Source: Macrostomum hystrix (taxonomy: Eukaryota > Animalia > Platyhelminthes). Taken from it: 64,000 nucleotides of DNA. Shown here one piece after another: positions 41,134 to 54,300 of this stretch. The notes under the pieces were generated by a model. That model did no database searches. It was not told the origin of the DNA and was given only the letters and a program-made list of their open reading frames with translations. Position 1 is the stretch's first letter, and every line of letters starts with the position of its first letter. The stretch is taken from assembly GCA_950097015.1 (NCBI GenBank), contig CATNEN010000001.1:3286001-3350000 (forward strand), given 5' to 3'. Both the position numbers and the translations under genes were made by a program.

Positions 41134-44100
41134 ATGGCTCACGAGCAACAAGAGGAGAATACCGATTTTCAGAGACTGGAGGTTCAAGGAATAATCGGAT
41201 TTAATGGTTTGTGATCAAATTTCATTATATTACTTACTAACGTTTAATTTATTAATCACACATAGATGATCACACATAGATGCTCTAACCTAAGGTTGTT
41301 GAACACTGTACATGCACTATTAAGGACAAATGCAATATTTCAGCATAACTAAACCTTATTTTCGATTTTCCGAAGCTCCGAATTATAAAATATTCATGTA
41401 TACTTCGATGTACCTAAAAGTTATAGGAAATAAATTCCCATAACTTATCACAAAAGATCTCTATTTGTGATAAAATCGAGTCAGATTTTCTTCGTTTGCT
41501 GTTTTCTCAAATATGAAGATTTTTTCATGCTTTGTTTTTTCTTATAATCAACCCATTATTTCATGAGCATAATGGAGCAGTATGTACTGCCTGGTTTAAA
41601 TTGATTTGATTACAAATTAATATTTTTGTAGGCAGTTTCCAAGCCAGCCTGCATGTGCACCCGGATAAGCAGCACCTTGTCTACTCGATTGGCTCAACAC
41701 TGGTCATCGAGGAGATCCAATCACGAAAACAGTGCTTCCTTCACGGCCACCACAGTGACATCGCCTGTATTACCATCTCAAGGAGTGGCAGGTTCATTGC
41801 CAGTGGCCAGATAACGCACATGGGATTTAAAGTAATTATCTATTGTTCTTTTTATCACATATGCAATGTATTCACATTATCTCAACGCCTATTACTCAAT
41901 ACAATATATTCCTATACAGGCAGACATCATAGTTTGGGACTTTGAAAATCGTTGCGAGTACGCCAGATTTGTGCTGCACAAAGTCAAGATCCAGGGACTC
42001 GCTTTCTCGCCTAACGACAAATTTCTAGCCTCCCTGGGAGGTCAGGATGATGGCAGGTAAAGTTTAATACGACTGTGTGCTGACCCTACTTAAGTGGGGA
42101 TAAACCAATTTACTTCCCGGAAAGGTCGATCTTTGTACATATCGCTCATTCCGTAGGTCATCGCTTCTTAATACCTCTCTAGGTATTCGCTGTAACTCTT
42201 GATTAAATCACTTTATAGCCTCACTTTATACAAACCTCATTCAATTTCAGCGTTGTGATCTGGTCCTTGGACAAGAAAGAGGCCATTTGCGGCAGCCCAG
42301 CCCAGAGCAAGAGCGCCGGCAATACTCGCTGCTTGGCCTATGCTAATAACTCAGACTTTCTCTTTGTCACTGCTGGAGAGTGAGTTTTGCTATATTAAAT
42401 GACTTTGGGTTCCTTCACCGTGATACTTCAGGTTCCTCTCCCCCGTGATACTTCAGGTTCCTCTCCCCCGTGATACTCCAGGTTCCTCTCCCCCATGATA
42501 CTCCAGGTTCCTCTCCCATGATACTCCAGGTTCCTCTCCCCCATGATACTCCAGGTTCCTCTCCCCCATGATACTCCAGGTTCCTCTCCCCCATGATACT
42601 CCAGGTTCCTCTCCTATGATACTTCAGGTTCCTCTCCCCCAATGATACTCCAGGTTCCTCTCCCCCGTGATACTCCAGGTTCCTCTCCCCAATGATACTC
42701 CAGGTTCCTCTCCCCAATGATACTCCAGGTTCCTCTCCCCAATGATACTCCAGGTTCCTCTCCCCAATGATACTCCAGGTTCCTCTCCCCAATGATACTC
42801 CAGGTTCCTCTCCCCAATGATACTCCAGGTTCCTCTCCCCAATGATACTCCAGGTTCCTCTCCTAGCTTATTCAGGAGTTAGTTGTCCTACTAGTACTTG
42901 GTGCGCAACAGGAGGTCCCCTGGCTCATGCCCATGTTTTGGGAGCTACTATTCTTCCCAAACACTTGCCTGCTCAGAAACAATCTCCGGGTCTGGGAGCT
43001 GGACGTTGAAAATCGTAAAATTCGTCCAACCGAAGTTGGCACCGGCCAGACCAAGCGAATCATCACCTGCCTGGCTTTGACCTCTGACGACAAGACTCTG
43101 TACTGTGGCACCACCACCGGCGACGTGCTTGGCATCAACATGGACAGCCGGCTGTTCCAGTACATCGGTCCGGAGAAGGACAAATTCTCTCTAGGCGTGA
43201 CAGCTGTTGCACTATTGGACAGCGGCGACTTTCTGATTGGCGCCGGTGACGGCACTGTACAGATCATGCGTGCCGTCAGCGATCCGAAGGCGGCTGGAAA
43301 ATGCGCTGTCAAATTTGTTAAAACTAAGTAAGTCGCGCGCTTTGAGACAGTTGTTTAAGATCTGCATAGGTAGGTTATCAAACCAGCTATGCTCAAGAAA
43401 TCAACTATGCAGGCATTCACACACAAGAGTTGCTTATCTGTCGTGAGTTTTAGATTGTCAGATGTCAGAAGACAGATTTAATACTGACGGTACAAATCTT
43501 TAATGCGACTCTTAAAGATTTGTAGCCTCTAGTGAGATTGAGTGGCAGAGACTAACACACTGCACTCTTTGTGAAACAACGAACACATATATGTACACTG
43601 ACCCACCAACAGGCAGCAGCAGAAGCTCGATAGCGGAGTCACCAGTCTGTCACTACGCGGCAAAGGTCACGAGTTCTACGCTGCCACGGAGAAGAGCCAG
43701 ATATATAAGTTCAACATGGCCGATTTTAGTCACACTTTGGTCAATACCTGCCACAGTTCGGCTATCAACGATGTAGCATTCCCATTGTGAGTTTAATTTT
43801 GTTTTGGTAAAGAGCCTCGTACTAGGACGTATCCTAAAAGCACTTTCGAAAAGCACTGGTATAGTTTGAAATTTTTACAGTTCTTTCAGTTTGAAGCCTT
43901 TATTACTGACTATTCACAGATTAGCACGAACTAAAGCTACTCACAAAACTTCAAAAAGTTATTTTACTTACTTAACTACTCACTTTTATCTCTGATCAGT
44001 AGTATTGACCGACGTGTGAGATCATTGCCTTCACTTTCGTCGTCTATCTAGGCTGTGCGAATCAGTTAACGGGAAAACCCGACTGTTGTAAGTCAAGTTT

Positions 44101-46515
44101 CCGGATTGAATTATCAACATACTCGTAATTTTTAACATTGATTTGTTTGGACTTTTTGCTGCAATACTACTAACTGTACATGTCGTAATATGACTTACGA
44201 TTTGAAATTATAAAAACAAATGACCGTTAGTAAGTTTTTTCAATATACGAGTATCATTTTTTTCTCTTAAACGTGCTTGCTTTGATTTTAAACAGTAATT
44301 TATATGCTTTGTGCTTTAATTGATTCTAACAAAAGCTAGGATTCGCATTTTAACTGTCGCAAGCAAGCATTACATTTTCGGTCCAATAATTACAAGAAAT
44401 TTCTACTTTTCGTTTCTTACAATAAGGCTTTTTCAGAAAGTTCTCAGCTGATCGCATTAAAAATTCATAAAGTAGTACTAATAAGCCTTAAATTGGCTGT
44501 TTTATGATATTCATTAGAGAATGTTCCGCCAGTTCGTTCATATGTTTCCTGGAATCTGAACAACTTCTGCCAAGGACCACTAGAAGAAGAAGGACAGGAC
44601 ACCTCGTTTCTTGGAAAATTTATTAGAGGCTGATTTTGACGAAAAAATGTACTAGCGAGATAGGAACCTTTCAAGTTTTTCACATTGAGTTGTTGATTTG
44701 CCGTTATTTTAATATTAAAATTCTAATATTCAAATATTCGTTAAAGCAACATGTTTCGCAAGATATATTAAAAGAACAGCTTGGGATCTGCTTGTAATAA
44801 AAAGTTATCAACATTTTTATCTGAAAAACGCGAAAAGTTCCTATCTCGCTAGTGCATTTTCCGTAAAAATCTGGCTTTTATCAATTTTCCAAGAAATGAA
44901 GTGTCCCGTCCTTCTTCTTCTAGTGGTCCTTGGATCCGCTACGCTCTGGATGGCCTTAACTCTTAACATTTTAATCCAGTTTCTCGATGAATTCTAGGTT
45001 TTTTTCACCAACCATTTTCTATGCACATTTTCAGTGGCACATCCGACCTGTTTGCCACCTGCTCGTACCAGGACATTCGCGTGTGGCACTCTCCTACACA
45101 GAAGGAGCTGCTAAGAATCACCATTCCAAACATGACCTGCTACGCCATCGACTTCCTTCGCGACGGTAGCGGCATTGTTTCCGGCTGGGACGACAGCAAG
45201 ATTCGAGTGTTCTTCCCCGAGACTGGCCGCCTCATGTACACCATCAACGACGCGCACAAGAAGGGAGTGACGGCCATCACGGCCACCTCTGACTGCGGCC
45301 GTATCATCTCCGGCGGCGGGGACGGCCAAGTGCGAGTCTGGCGCGTCGAGGAGCGCATCGCCAAGTCCGGCCAGAAGACGTTCGTCACGGAGCTAGAGGA
45401 GGCTATGAAGGAGCACGCCAACGCCGTGTCCTGCATCCGCGTCTCCAAGGATAACACGCGGTGCGTGTCCGCTTCGGCCGATGGCAGCTGCATCGTCTGG
45501 GACTTGAAGTGAGTCCGGAGACATGTCTCTATTTTTACGTCACCGACAGGCGGGTGATGCAGAGCGGTTAACGCGTCTGCCTCTCGCACCAAGGCCCCTG
45601 AGCTCGATTCCGCGGGGAGGCCACATTCATTTGGGGGCGCAGCCGCGGAGAGAAGGCTTGGGGGCTTGTCGTGCAATTTACGCCCCTGAGGGCCAACCTC
45701 CGTGTGAGCGTATGCCTTCGTACGTTATCTGTGACTCAGATTTTATGTGCGTTGGGGTGTCTTTTACTCACAGCCCACACCGCCACCAACCCGAAGGACC
45801 TTCCATCGCAAGCAGATCATGTTCGCCAATACGCTATTCCGGTGCGTTTGCTTCGAGCCGGAGGAATGCCAAGTGATCACCAGTGGAACAGACAGGAAAA
45901 TCTCCTACTGGGAGCTGTACGACGGCACCCTGGTTCGAGAACTGGACGGATCGCGCAGCGGATCAATTAACGGCATGGACATCAGCCTGGATGGCCAGTA
46001 CTATGTCACAGCTGGAGACGACAAGATTGTCAAGGTACTTAGTAGAATCATTAGTCTATGGCCAGTCCTTTGTATAGTCACATAGGTCCATTCCTATTAA
46101 ATGCAAGAAACTCGCAAAGCAAGATACTAGCTATAGTGCCTTAATTTAAGTTCTTTTTTTGTGTTTTTGTCTTAATATAGATTGAAAACTTCTTAAACAA
46201 ACGAGGTGTTTGTACGAGTATCTCAGCTTAGTTAAATAACAGTTTGTGTCCCAAATAAAAAACTCTCATCGTCATTAGCCATGGTATTTGGCGACCTCCC
46301 AGTTAAAATTTTGAACGCATGCAGCTTTACCCAATCGAACGAAATTTACGAGCGCTTGTTTTATTCAGGTGTGGCGCTACGCAGAAGGTGACGTCACCCA
46401 CGTTGGTCTGGGCCACAGTTCGCCAATCATGCGCGCCAAAATCTGTCCAAACAATCGCCTGATTGTCACTGTCTCCGATGATGGCGGAATTTTCATCTGG
46501 AAATTTCCATTCTAG
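41134..46515 (+). CDS. CFAP52: Cilia- and flagella-associated protein 52 (WDR16), WD40 repeat protein
   Basis: Exons 41134-41206, 41632-41831, 41920-42056, 42251-42379, 42977-43327, 43613-43786, 45035-45508, 45797-46034 and 46369-46515 (1923 nt, 640 aa). Motifs IIGFNG, SGQITHMGFKADII, LGGQDDGSVVIW, ELLRITIPNMTC, PETGRLMY, TSGTDRKI and WKFP match CFAP52 as I recall it. Confidence 0.95.
42415..42865. repeat. 25-bp minisatellite (CCCCAATGATACTCCAGGTTCCTCT) in CFAP52 intron 4
   Basis: Direct periodicity. Confidence 0.94.
44570..44933. mobile_element. Foldback/MITE with ~115-bp imperfect terminal inverted repeats, in CFAP52 intron 6
   Basis: ccaaggaccactagaagaagaaggac...ctagcgagataggaac versus gttcctatctcgctag...gtccttcttcttctagtggtccttgg; no clear TSD. 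Confidence 0.75.
45550..45745 (+). mobile_element. SINE family B copy in CFAP52 intron 7
   Basis: gcagagcggttaacgcgtct...ggggcgcagccgcggagagaaggcttgggggcttgtcgtgcaatt shared with 23726. Confidence 0.7.
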
Positions 46516-47044
46516 CGCCGAGTGACAGGTCGAGCGAATGTACTTTTAAAATATGAGGCTGATTCGAACAACAAGATGATAGTTTTAATCTGCGATAAGA
46601 AATAGCAAACCTGTTTTAAACTACCATGCTTTTTTGTTTGTTTGCAGCACCTAAGATTAAAACTAAACTTTGTTTGGCGACTACAGAATCTATAATTTTA
46701 GAGGAAGAAATTTAGTTAATCTGCGTTAGGCAATGGTTAAGGAAAAATTATGGGCGTAATTTATTGTTTCCTCTAATTCCTTAATTTTTTTGTTGTATTT
46801 TGGATACACAGTTTACTAACTATTTGTCTGAAACAGCATGTTCTTTTTTGATGACCAGTTATTGATCAAATATGTTTATAAATTACATCCCGGATGTTAT
46901 CGTGATCAAATATTAAATTTTTTGAGTCCACAGTGCCTTAAATAGCCATTGCTTCACAGAAAACTGTCTTTTTCTTGCGTGTTAAATCTGTATTTGTTAG
47001 CAGAGATGTTGCATGATTGTAGACTTTCTGCAGGATGTTTGCTC

Positions 47045-47220
47045 GTCGACTCACGACTGAAGGTCGGGGGTTCGATTCCCGACTCCACTGAAACAATTTG
47101 TGTCCTTTAGCCATACACTTGACTCTGCATTGCTTCAGTTCACCAAGCTGTTAAATGAGTACAAGTATTGGGTAATTGAGAGTGGGTGTGGTGTCCCTTC
47201 AGTCCATGGACTGAACAGCT
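47045..47220 (+). mobile_element. SINE family A copy
   Basis: gactcacgactgaaggtcgggggttcgattcccgactccactg...cagtccatggactgaacagc. Confidence 0.8.
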
Positions 47221-47501
47221 GATCTAAATCAGATCTGAGCACAACTTTCAGGTAGCACAGAATGTCCAGAACTTCAGAGCAGTTGGTTTATCCTCTCCAG
47301 CTGATTCTCTACATTAATCGCTGGAAATTTCCTTTCGCTATAATTGTTCTGATGGCATTGATTTCGCATCACTTGCTGTTTAGTGTTATTGACAATTGGA
47401 CAGGAACATCTGTGCAGACGCTCGCGTCAACCAGCAAGGATCAGTTTTCTGGCATGAATTTAATTCTGGCAGACACAGTGACGTGTTGCGACCAACTAGA
47501 C

Positions 47502-47840
47502 CAGGGGTCGGCAAACTCCGGCCCGCGGGCCAGATGCGGCCCTCGAAGCTCCCAAATCCGGCCCGTTGCCCCTTCTGACATCTACAGTGTCCTTTTTCAT
47601 CTCTCTCGTGTCTAATCTCTCCTGTGTCTAATCTCTCCTGTGTCTCATCGCTCTCGTGTCTAATCTCTCCCGTGTCTCATCGCTCTCGTGTATCATCTCT
47701 CCCGTGTTTAATCTCTCCCATGTCTAATCTCTCGCGTGTCTCATCTCTCCCCTATCTCATATTTATACAGTCAATGCGGCCCGCTGTCGTCTTTTAGGTT
47801 CTCTCTTTGGCCCGCCAGCAAATAAGTTTGCCTACCCCTG
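47502..47840. mobile_element. hAT (Charlie-like) MITE with internal 16-bp tandem repeat
   Basis: TIRs CAGGGGTCGGCAAACT / AGTTTGCCTACCCCTG; exact 8-bp TSD AACTAGAC (47494-47501 and 47841-47848). Confidence 0.92.
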
Positions 47841-48758
47841 AACTAGACGTACTGAAAGCCATCCCGGAGTTACAGAACGGGAAGGCCCGTAGTTCCTTGG
47901 TTAAGACGTGCCAAGTCCTGAGGCTTAACAGTCCAGGATGTTCAGTATCATGTTTGGCCGACTAGATGCTGGACAGTTTTCCAACTTCGTCAATTACAAC
48001 CACATCAACAAGCCGAGAATCACAAAATAATGATTCCTTGCGTTCTGATGATCGCAACTGAAGCGGAATGGCTTTCTGCAACTCATGCTGCTGACTGGTT
48101 TTGCATCGGCATAATCACGGGCATCGAAGTGACAGTGTTCGTAATCTTACACATCGTTTCATTGATTGTACAATGTCCGGGATACTTTAACCCAGTTCAC
48201 ATTATCTTAGTCTTCTTCATGTCACTATTCTACACAGTCGCTTTGACAGCAACGAGCCTCTTATTCAGCGTAACGGTTAACAAGTTTTAGTTCGGCGGAC
48301 TCCTGACAGTTCTATCATCGGTGCTGATGCTCATCTATCGGATGGCAATGAGCGGCGTCGAATTTCTCAAGCTGGTTTTTCTATTCATCTTTCCGCTAAG
48401 TCACTAATGCTGAATCTGTGCAAGGTGTTCTTCTGTCTGAAATCCGCATAAAACCGCTGCAGGTTTTTCTAACATCGCCATTCTCATCATGACTATAGAG
48501 CTAGCCATCGCACTCATCCTTGCCATAGTTCCGATCAATGGTGCCCGGTAAGGTGATCTCTGGCGAGGAGAACGATCCGTTCGTTGCTAGGCTAAGAGCC
48601 GCCATCGAGTGCGAATATCGAACCGGTGACGGACCACCTGAAACCACTGTTGCGCTTGAGCCAATTGAGCAAGAAATTTGTTTCTGAAGGCTGCTGCGGC
48701 AAAGAAAGCTCGGTAGCTATCAAAGATATTTCTGGTGATAATAATAAAAATAATTTAT

Positions 48759-49028
48759 TACACCTGTCCGATTGGGCCAGATGTGCCGCCGACAGCACAG
48801 CCGCAGCTATTGCGCGGCGCATCTGAAGGCTGCGTACGGCTGTTCAGTGGTGGGACGCCACACCCACCTTCAATTATCCCAGCTGATGCTGGTACCCTTT
48901 TAACAACTGGGTGAACTGAAGCAATGCAGAGTTAAGTGTCTTGCTAAAGGACACAAATTGTTCCAGTGGAGTCAGGAATCGAACCCCCGACCTTCAAGTC
49001 GTGAGTCCGACGCTCTAACCACTAGGCT
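48759..49028 (-). mobile_element. SINE family A copy (near full length)
   Basis: Colinear with 27791-28067, with a short internal deletion. Confidence 0.85.
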
Positions 49029-49544
49029 ACAACCGTCAGGTGAGTTGTTGCGCTTATATCGCTTTTAAAAAGCAGAAATGAGATGGCTTTGTGCATCAAA
49101 TTATCCTGAATTGCATTAGCTTGTTTACAATCGCTAATGTAACTAGTGGTATCACAGCAATGCCTAACAAAAGATCCCGGCGTGTTAAAGGAAGTCTAAC
49201 GCATTGAAAAGAATCCGCATAGCGACACGAGCCTATTGGAGGTGAGCCACCTCACCTGAACAAGCTAGAATTTGATGAGGCCACAACAAGATGAGACCTC
49301 TAGAAATTGATCCGGAAGGCAAACAGTTCCTTTGGCATATACTGTACGGTTATTGTCACAATCCACAGCATGGAGGAAGTTAAGGCTATTTGCAATCGAG
49401 TCTCGATAATTAATTGTTAATTAACAGGTTGGACTGGGAGCCGTACAACAACTCGGGGCACTGTGAGTAATATTTTTAAATAATGTCAGTATTAGGTAAA
49501 TTATTTTTGGCAATAGCATGATTCAGGAGAAGTAGTGAAAACGT

Positions 49545-49665
49545 TCCGAAGCGGCACACGCACGCGGACACCGTGAGCAGGCACTCACACAAACGCATAT
49601 GTACATCTGCATAGGCTTATGCATAGTCTAACGTAGTGTACACTCATTGTGTTGGGGTTTGGTTC
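49545..49665 (-). mobile_element. Diverged SINE family B body fragment
   Basis: Reverse complement resembles 23880-23970 (gagtgtacact...gcagatg...tgtgtgagtg). Confidence 0.45.
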
Positions 49666-51338
49666 TTGTGGACTTGAGTTACATTTCTTGACATCCTAGG
49701 TATAGCAAGTGCTACAATCTGGAGATCTTAATCAGCACCACAGTGGACGAAGATCCTTCAAGCGTTGAGGAGAAGAACTCGCTAGTTGAAGCCGTCTCAA
49801 AAAAGTTCAGCGGTACTTCGTCGTTGTAGAAGAGTTTTACGATGGTGTGCACTTTTCGATACCAGCGTCTAGTATCAGCCGTCTATCTGTGGCCCTTCAC
49901 CTGGCTGCTGGATAACTGCAAAGGCCAGTGCAACCAAGCACTTCTCGCTGCACCAGATGTCTATGGACCAGTTGAAGGATAGGTGGAAATCCGCGTGTCC
50001 GTATGTCCGTATCCTATGGCGCAGTCCGTAACTGAGCTCGAAAAGGTTTAGCCAGTCGAGGCAACGACTATCTATTTCTATCGTTTGCTTTTTCATGCTA
50101 CAAGAGACGGAAGTACGCAATTTTTACTACACACACTTTTTTGCTTTTGAAACTGTCGCCTCATTTCTTTTTAACAAAAAAACTATCATGCATTGAAGAA
50201 ATTTGTGCATAAAAAGGATTCAACCAATTCTCTTAGAAGCTGTCGAAATACGTTTTTAAGGACAGAATGTTTTTCCAACTAAAGCATCCGGTTGTATCGT
50301 TAAACATTTCTTTTTGCCATGTAAAAATTGATTGATTAAAAGCCTTCACTCCAGTGGGTCATTTGAGAACTGAGAATAACTTTGACAGGTGATGATCGAG
50401 GCTGGGGATGTTGATGACCGTGTCTCTTTTTTCATCATTATCCTCTCTCCCCTCTCTCCCACTAGTTCTCTCTTGATCTTCCGTTTATTGTTGCCCAGCA
50501 ACCGATGGGAGACCTGTGAAAGCTCAGAGAACTTTGGGAAGATGCGATGACAAACAATTGAACAATTGAACAAGAGCTGCCCTCTCTACTCAGCTCAACG
50601 GGTGACAGAGGAGCTACTCAGTCCAATTAGACACCGCATAATTAACAAGGGATTGGAAATGACACAGGTATCTGGCTTAAAAATACTCTACGGACTAGTG
50701 CTTAATGCTGAGCAAGTACTTGTTGTCCGAGAGTTACCATTGCGAGAGGGCTACAGCTTTTAAATGATTATTCGTTACTTTTCGTTCATTATTGATAAGC
50801 GCCGCAAAATTCGTTACTTCTTCCTAAGTTTTCACCTTTTTTGGATATTTTTATATCAATACCTAAATAGCATTTTCAAATTTTCTTGTGTTCCAGAGAC
50901 CTACAATCTAAGGCTGCGTACAGCATTCTACACCTGGATAAATTAAAGGTGCTGGGGACATTGTTGTCGATTGTACTATCAGTGTCTGTTTAGAAAATAA
51001 TTACTATAATTATGTGCTATCGGTATTTTGCTGCAAAATCGTTATGCGTACAAAAATATTCATTAATCATAAAAGTTAATCTAAGTTAAAATTAGAGAAA
51101 CTTACAGACACGGTATGGATAGACAAAAAATTATCATAAAATAAAGCAAACTAGAAAAAGCTGGATCAGAGCCAGTTAGAGCGACATGCTGCACTCACTA
51201 TAACTGGATGGAAGCTGCGCTGAGTGAATTTAAATATTTTGCCAACATTTTGCATGTGGGCAGTGAGTTAAGAGCCACACTTAAGCCAAGCAGATCAGCT
51301 GGCATTTGTTAGACACTTTTATATTGTCTGGCTTGTCA

Positions 51339-54300
51339 ATGCGCATGACGGTGGAGCTTCACTTGGCCCAACTGCTTATGCGTGAGTAAATTATCAGGGA
51401 CCACTTAGGAGTTTCTTAGAAAACGTTTCCTAGAAACAGTATAGATTGATTCATGGTTCATGGCCAAAAAGTACAGTACGGAAATAGGAAGTTTTTTGCA
51501 CAATTTTGTGACTGTGTTTGCTCGGGGGCTTACCAATGGTTCATCATTTTATATCCGTGTCTAGCTTTAATTCTGAAGATATCGAGTGACGAAGTATATC
51601 AAAATAAGAGCTTTCGATCCGCTTCCAATAGAAAGCGATCACTTTTATAATGGAAAAGAGTGAAAATTTCCTATATCCGAAGTGTGAGAGATACAATTCA
51701 GACTACTGACAACAGTAGAAAAGCAAAGACTTGGCTGCAAAACTCTTACATAACACAAAAAAATACATTAAACTTTTAGTGTGTTACACGAAGTGTATTT
51801 TTCGGAGATCACAAGCCTTTTAAACTTTTTCCGGAGTCATTTAAAAAAGTTGAGCATTAGCAAAACTCGACTAAATTCACTCTTTCAGTCGTAACCTCAG
51901 CCACGGCCATCAGCAACGTCAACTCTCGCACCTATGACCAGGTGCTGAGCGGCTCACTGAATATCAGCGACTCCGTGAGCAGCTCTCTGCTGACTGACTC
52001 GACTGCTGATACCGACATTCTCTGCGTCACCAGGTGCCAGGAGAAGGCCTGCGCTGCAGCCATGGTCAGGGACACCGCTGACGGCAGGTGCGAGTGCCAG
52101 ATACTCGTGATCAACACTGCGGACAAGCAGAACCTGAGCCGCGAGAGCTTCATGTTCAGAGAGCTGCGAACTGGCGCCGGTGTGAGGCTGTGGAAGGCCG
52201 AGGACTTCGACCGGATGCTTCAGTCGACGACTGTCTTCGAAAGTGAGTGATTATTGCCTAGCTAAATCCAAGGACTAAAATTAAGTCTAAGGCTGATTCT
52301 ACGCAACACATTCATTCAGAAAATGTCTTGTGCCAGTGTTTTAAACCAAATTCATCCATTTGTGAGCTACAAAATGTAGTTTTAGTTTAGTTTAACTGTC
52401 AGCTTATGACTTATGAGAGGCTTAAAATGACAGATGGAGTTTTTAGCCTTGTGGTTAGGACTCACGACTTGAAGGTCGGGGGTTCGATTCCCGACTCCAC
52501 TGAAAAAATTTGTGTCCTTTAGCCAGACGCTTAACTCTGCTTTGCTTCAGTTTGCTCAGCTGTTAAATGGGTACCCACATTAGCTGGGGTAATTGAGGGT
52601 GGGTGTGCCGTCCCCCAGTCCATGGACTGAACTGCCGTATGCGCAATAGCTGCGGCTGTGCTGTCAGCTGCACATCTGGCCCAATTGGGGTAGTACAGAA
52701 AAAATAACAGTACCGGGTGGCCCATGCGTTTAAGGACAACTTAAAAATAATCAAATGTATTTACATTTTTAATATAAAAACAACCAACAAACGAAAACTT
52801 TAACATTTTAACTGACCGCCATAATGTCTAGATGGCAACTAAAAATAACATTTACTCAATGTAGCCCCCCTCCACTGCATACACGGCTTCAATGCGAGAC
52901 CGAAACTTGGTACAGGCACCTCTGATGACGGCAGGGCCCTGAGCTGACCAGGCAGCACTAACAGCAACTTGGAGAGTCTCCACGGTAGCATAAGTTGTTA
53001 AACATGCAACGCGGGCCACGTTGTTCCACACAAAGTAATCGAGAGGGGAACAGTCTGGACTCGATGGTGGCCAAGTGGTCGCATCCCAGAAGTCCTCGCC
53101 GAGCTCCCGGCGAAGAAATTCTTGAGTAGCGACAGCCGTGTGGGCAGGAGCGCCGTCATGCTGAAAAACAAACGTACATGGGGCAAAGTTGTGTCGAATC
53201 CATGGCAGTACATGATCCTGCAGCATGCGGATGTACTCGGCTGAGTTGATTTTCACTCCAGCTGGTACCCAGATCGGGGGAGCCACCCTGCCGTCCGAAG
53301 CCACGACACCGAGAAACATGGCACCTTTGGCATGTTGCTGGCGAGGCATGAAGCGGTGTTCCTCCGCAGCAGAGCTGGAGTCTCCTGACGGTGCCAGATA
53401 TCGGTCATTCTGTCGATTGAAGGCCCTGTCGACGGTACAGAACTTCTCATCGCTGAAGATCAGAACCTTCCCGGCGTCCGGTCCTTTCAGTCGGTTGATT
53501 AATTGACGGCACCGTTCTGCTCGAACAGATCTGGCAGTTGCTGTTAATGCCTGCGATTCTTTAATCTTATACGAACTGAGGTCAAGGTCTTCGTGTACCA
53601 GCCTCTGCATCGTGCTCCTTGAAACACAACTTGACCTGGCAAGCTCCCTGATGGACACTCGAGGGTCAGCTTTGATCCCCTCAGCCACAGTTTCACGAAG
53701 CTCCTCTGACCTGATTGGTCTTGGAGAGTTGTGGGGTTTCCTTTCAACTGCCGCAGCAGCTCCAACTTCTTCAATGTCGCTCTTGACGGCGTAAACAAAC
53801 GACCTTGCAACATTGAGGTTCTCTGCTATCTGTGCTGGGCTTATACCCCGCGCGAGCTGGTCTACCACCATCAAACGTTTAGCGCGATTCATGGCTAATG
53901 CTAAGTTGCCGAAAATTTTCGCGGCAGCTACAGACTATATAGATACTATTTTGTCTATGACCAAAACTATTATGCTCTAGCTACCGCTGGCTTTGCTTTC
54001 TTCTATTTTTAAGGTTGTCCTTAAACGCATGGACCACCCGGTATATGTTATTTAATCTAACAATGAAGCAATATTTCAGCGACCGGCTCAGGTAGAATCG
54101 GTTCCATCCAGTCCATGAAAGTGCTCAGCACCGGCTGCTACCGCATCGAGGCTCACGGAGCAAGCGGAGGATTCGACTTTAACAAGGCTTTCAAACCCGG
54201 CAGCGGAGCCTCCGTTGCTGGAAACTTCACTCTCTATGCTGGATCTGAGCTGGCCATTGTAGTGGGACAAGCTGGCGAGAACGCGTCCGCCCATACCGGT

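Larger units (their letters stand above)
48030..49830 (+). pseudogene. Degenerate ABCA-subfamily transporter (unprocessed pseudogene)
   Basis: In order: hydrophobic TM segments with stops (48030-48540); LRLSQLSKKF...VAIKDIS (NBD start, cut by a SINE); DET.(fs)IDPEGKQFLWHIL (~49290-49345); TVIVTIHSMEEVKAICNRVSI (~49346-49410); GLGAVQQL; RYSKCYNLEI. These follow the ABCA DEPT.G.DP..R.FLW / THSMEE.EALC.R motifs. Confidence 0.72.
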
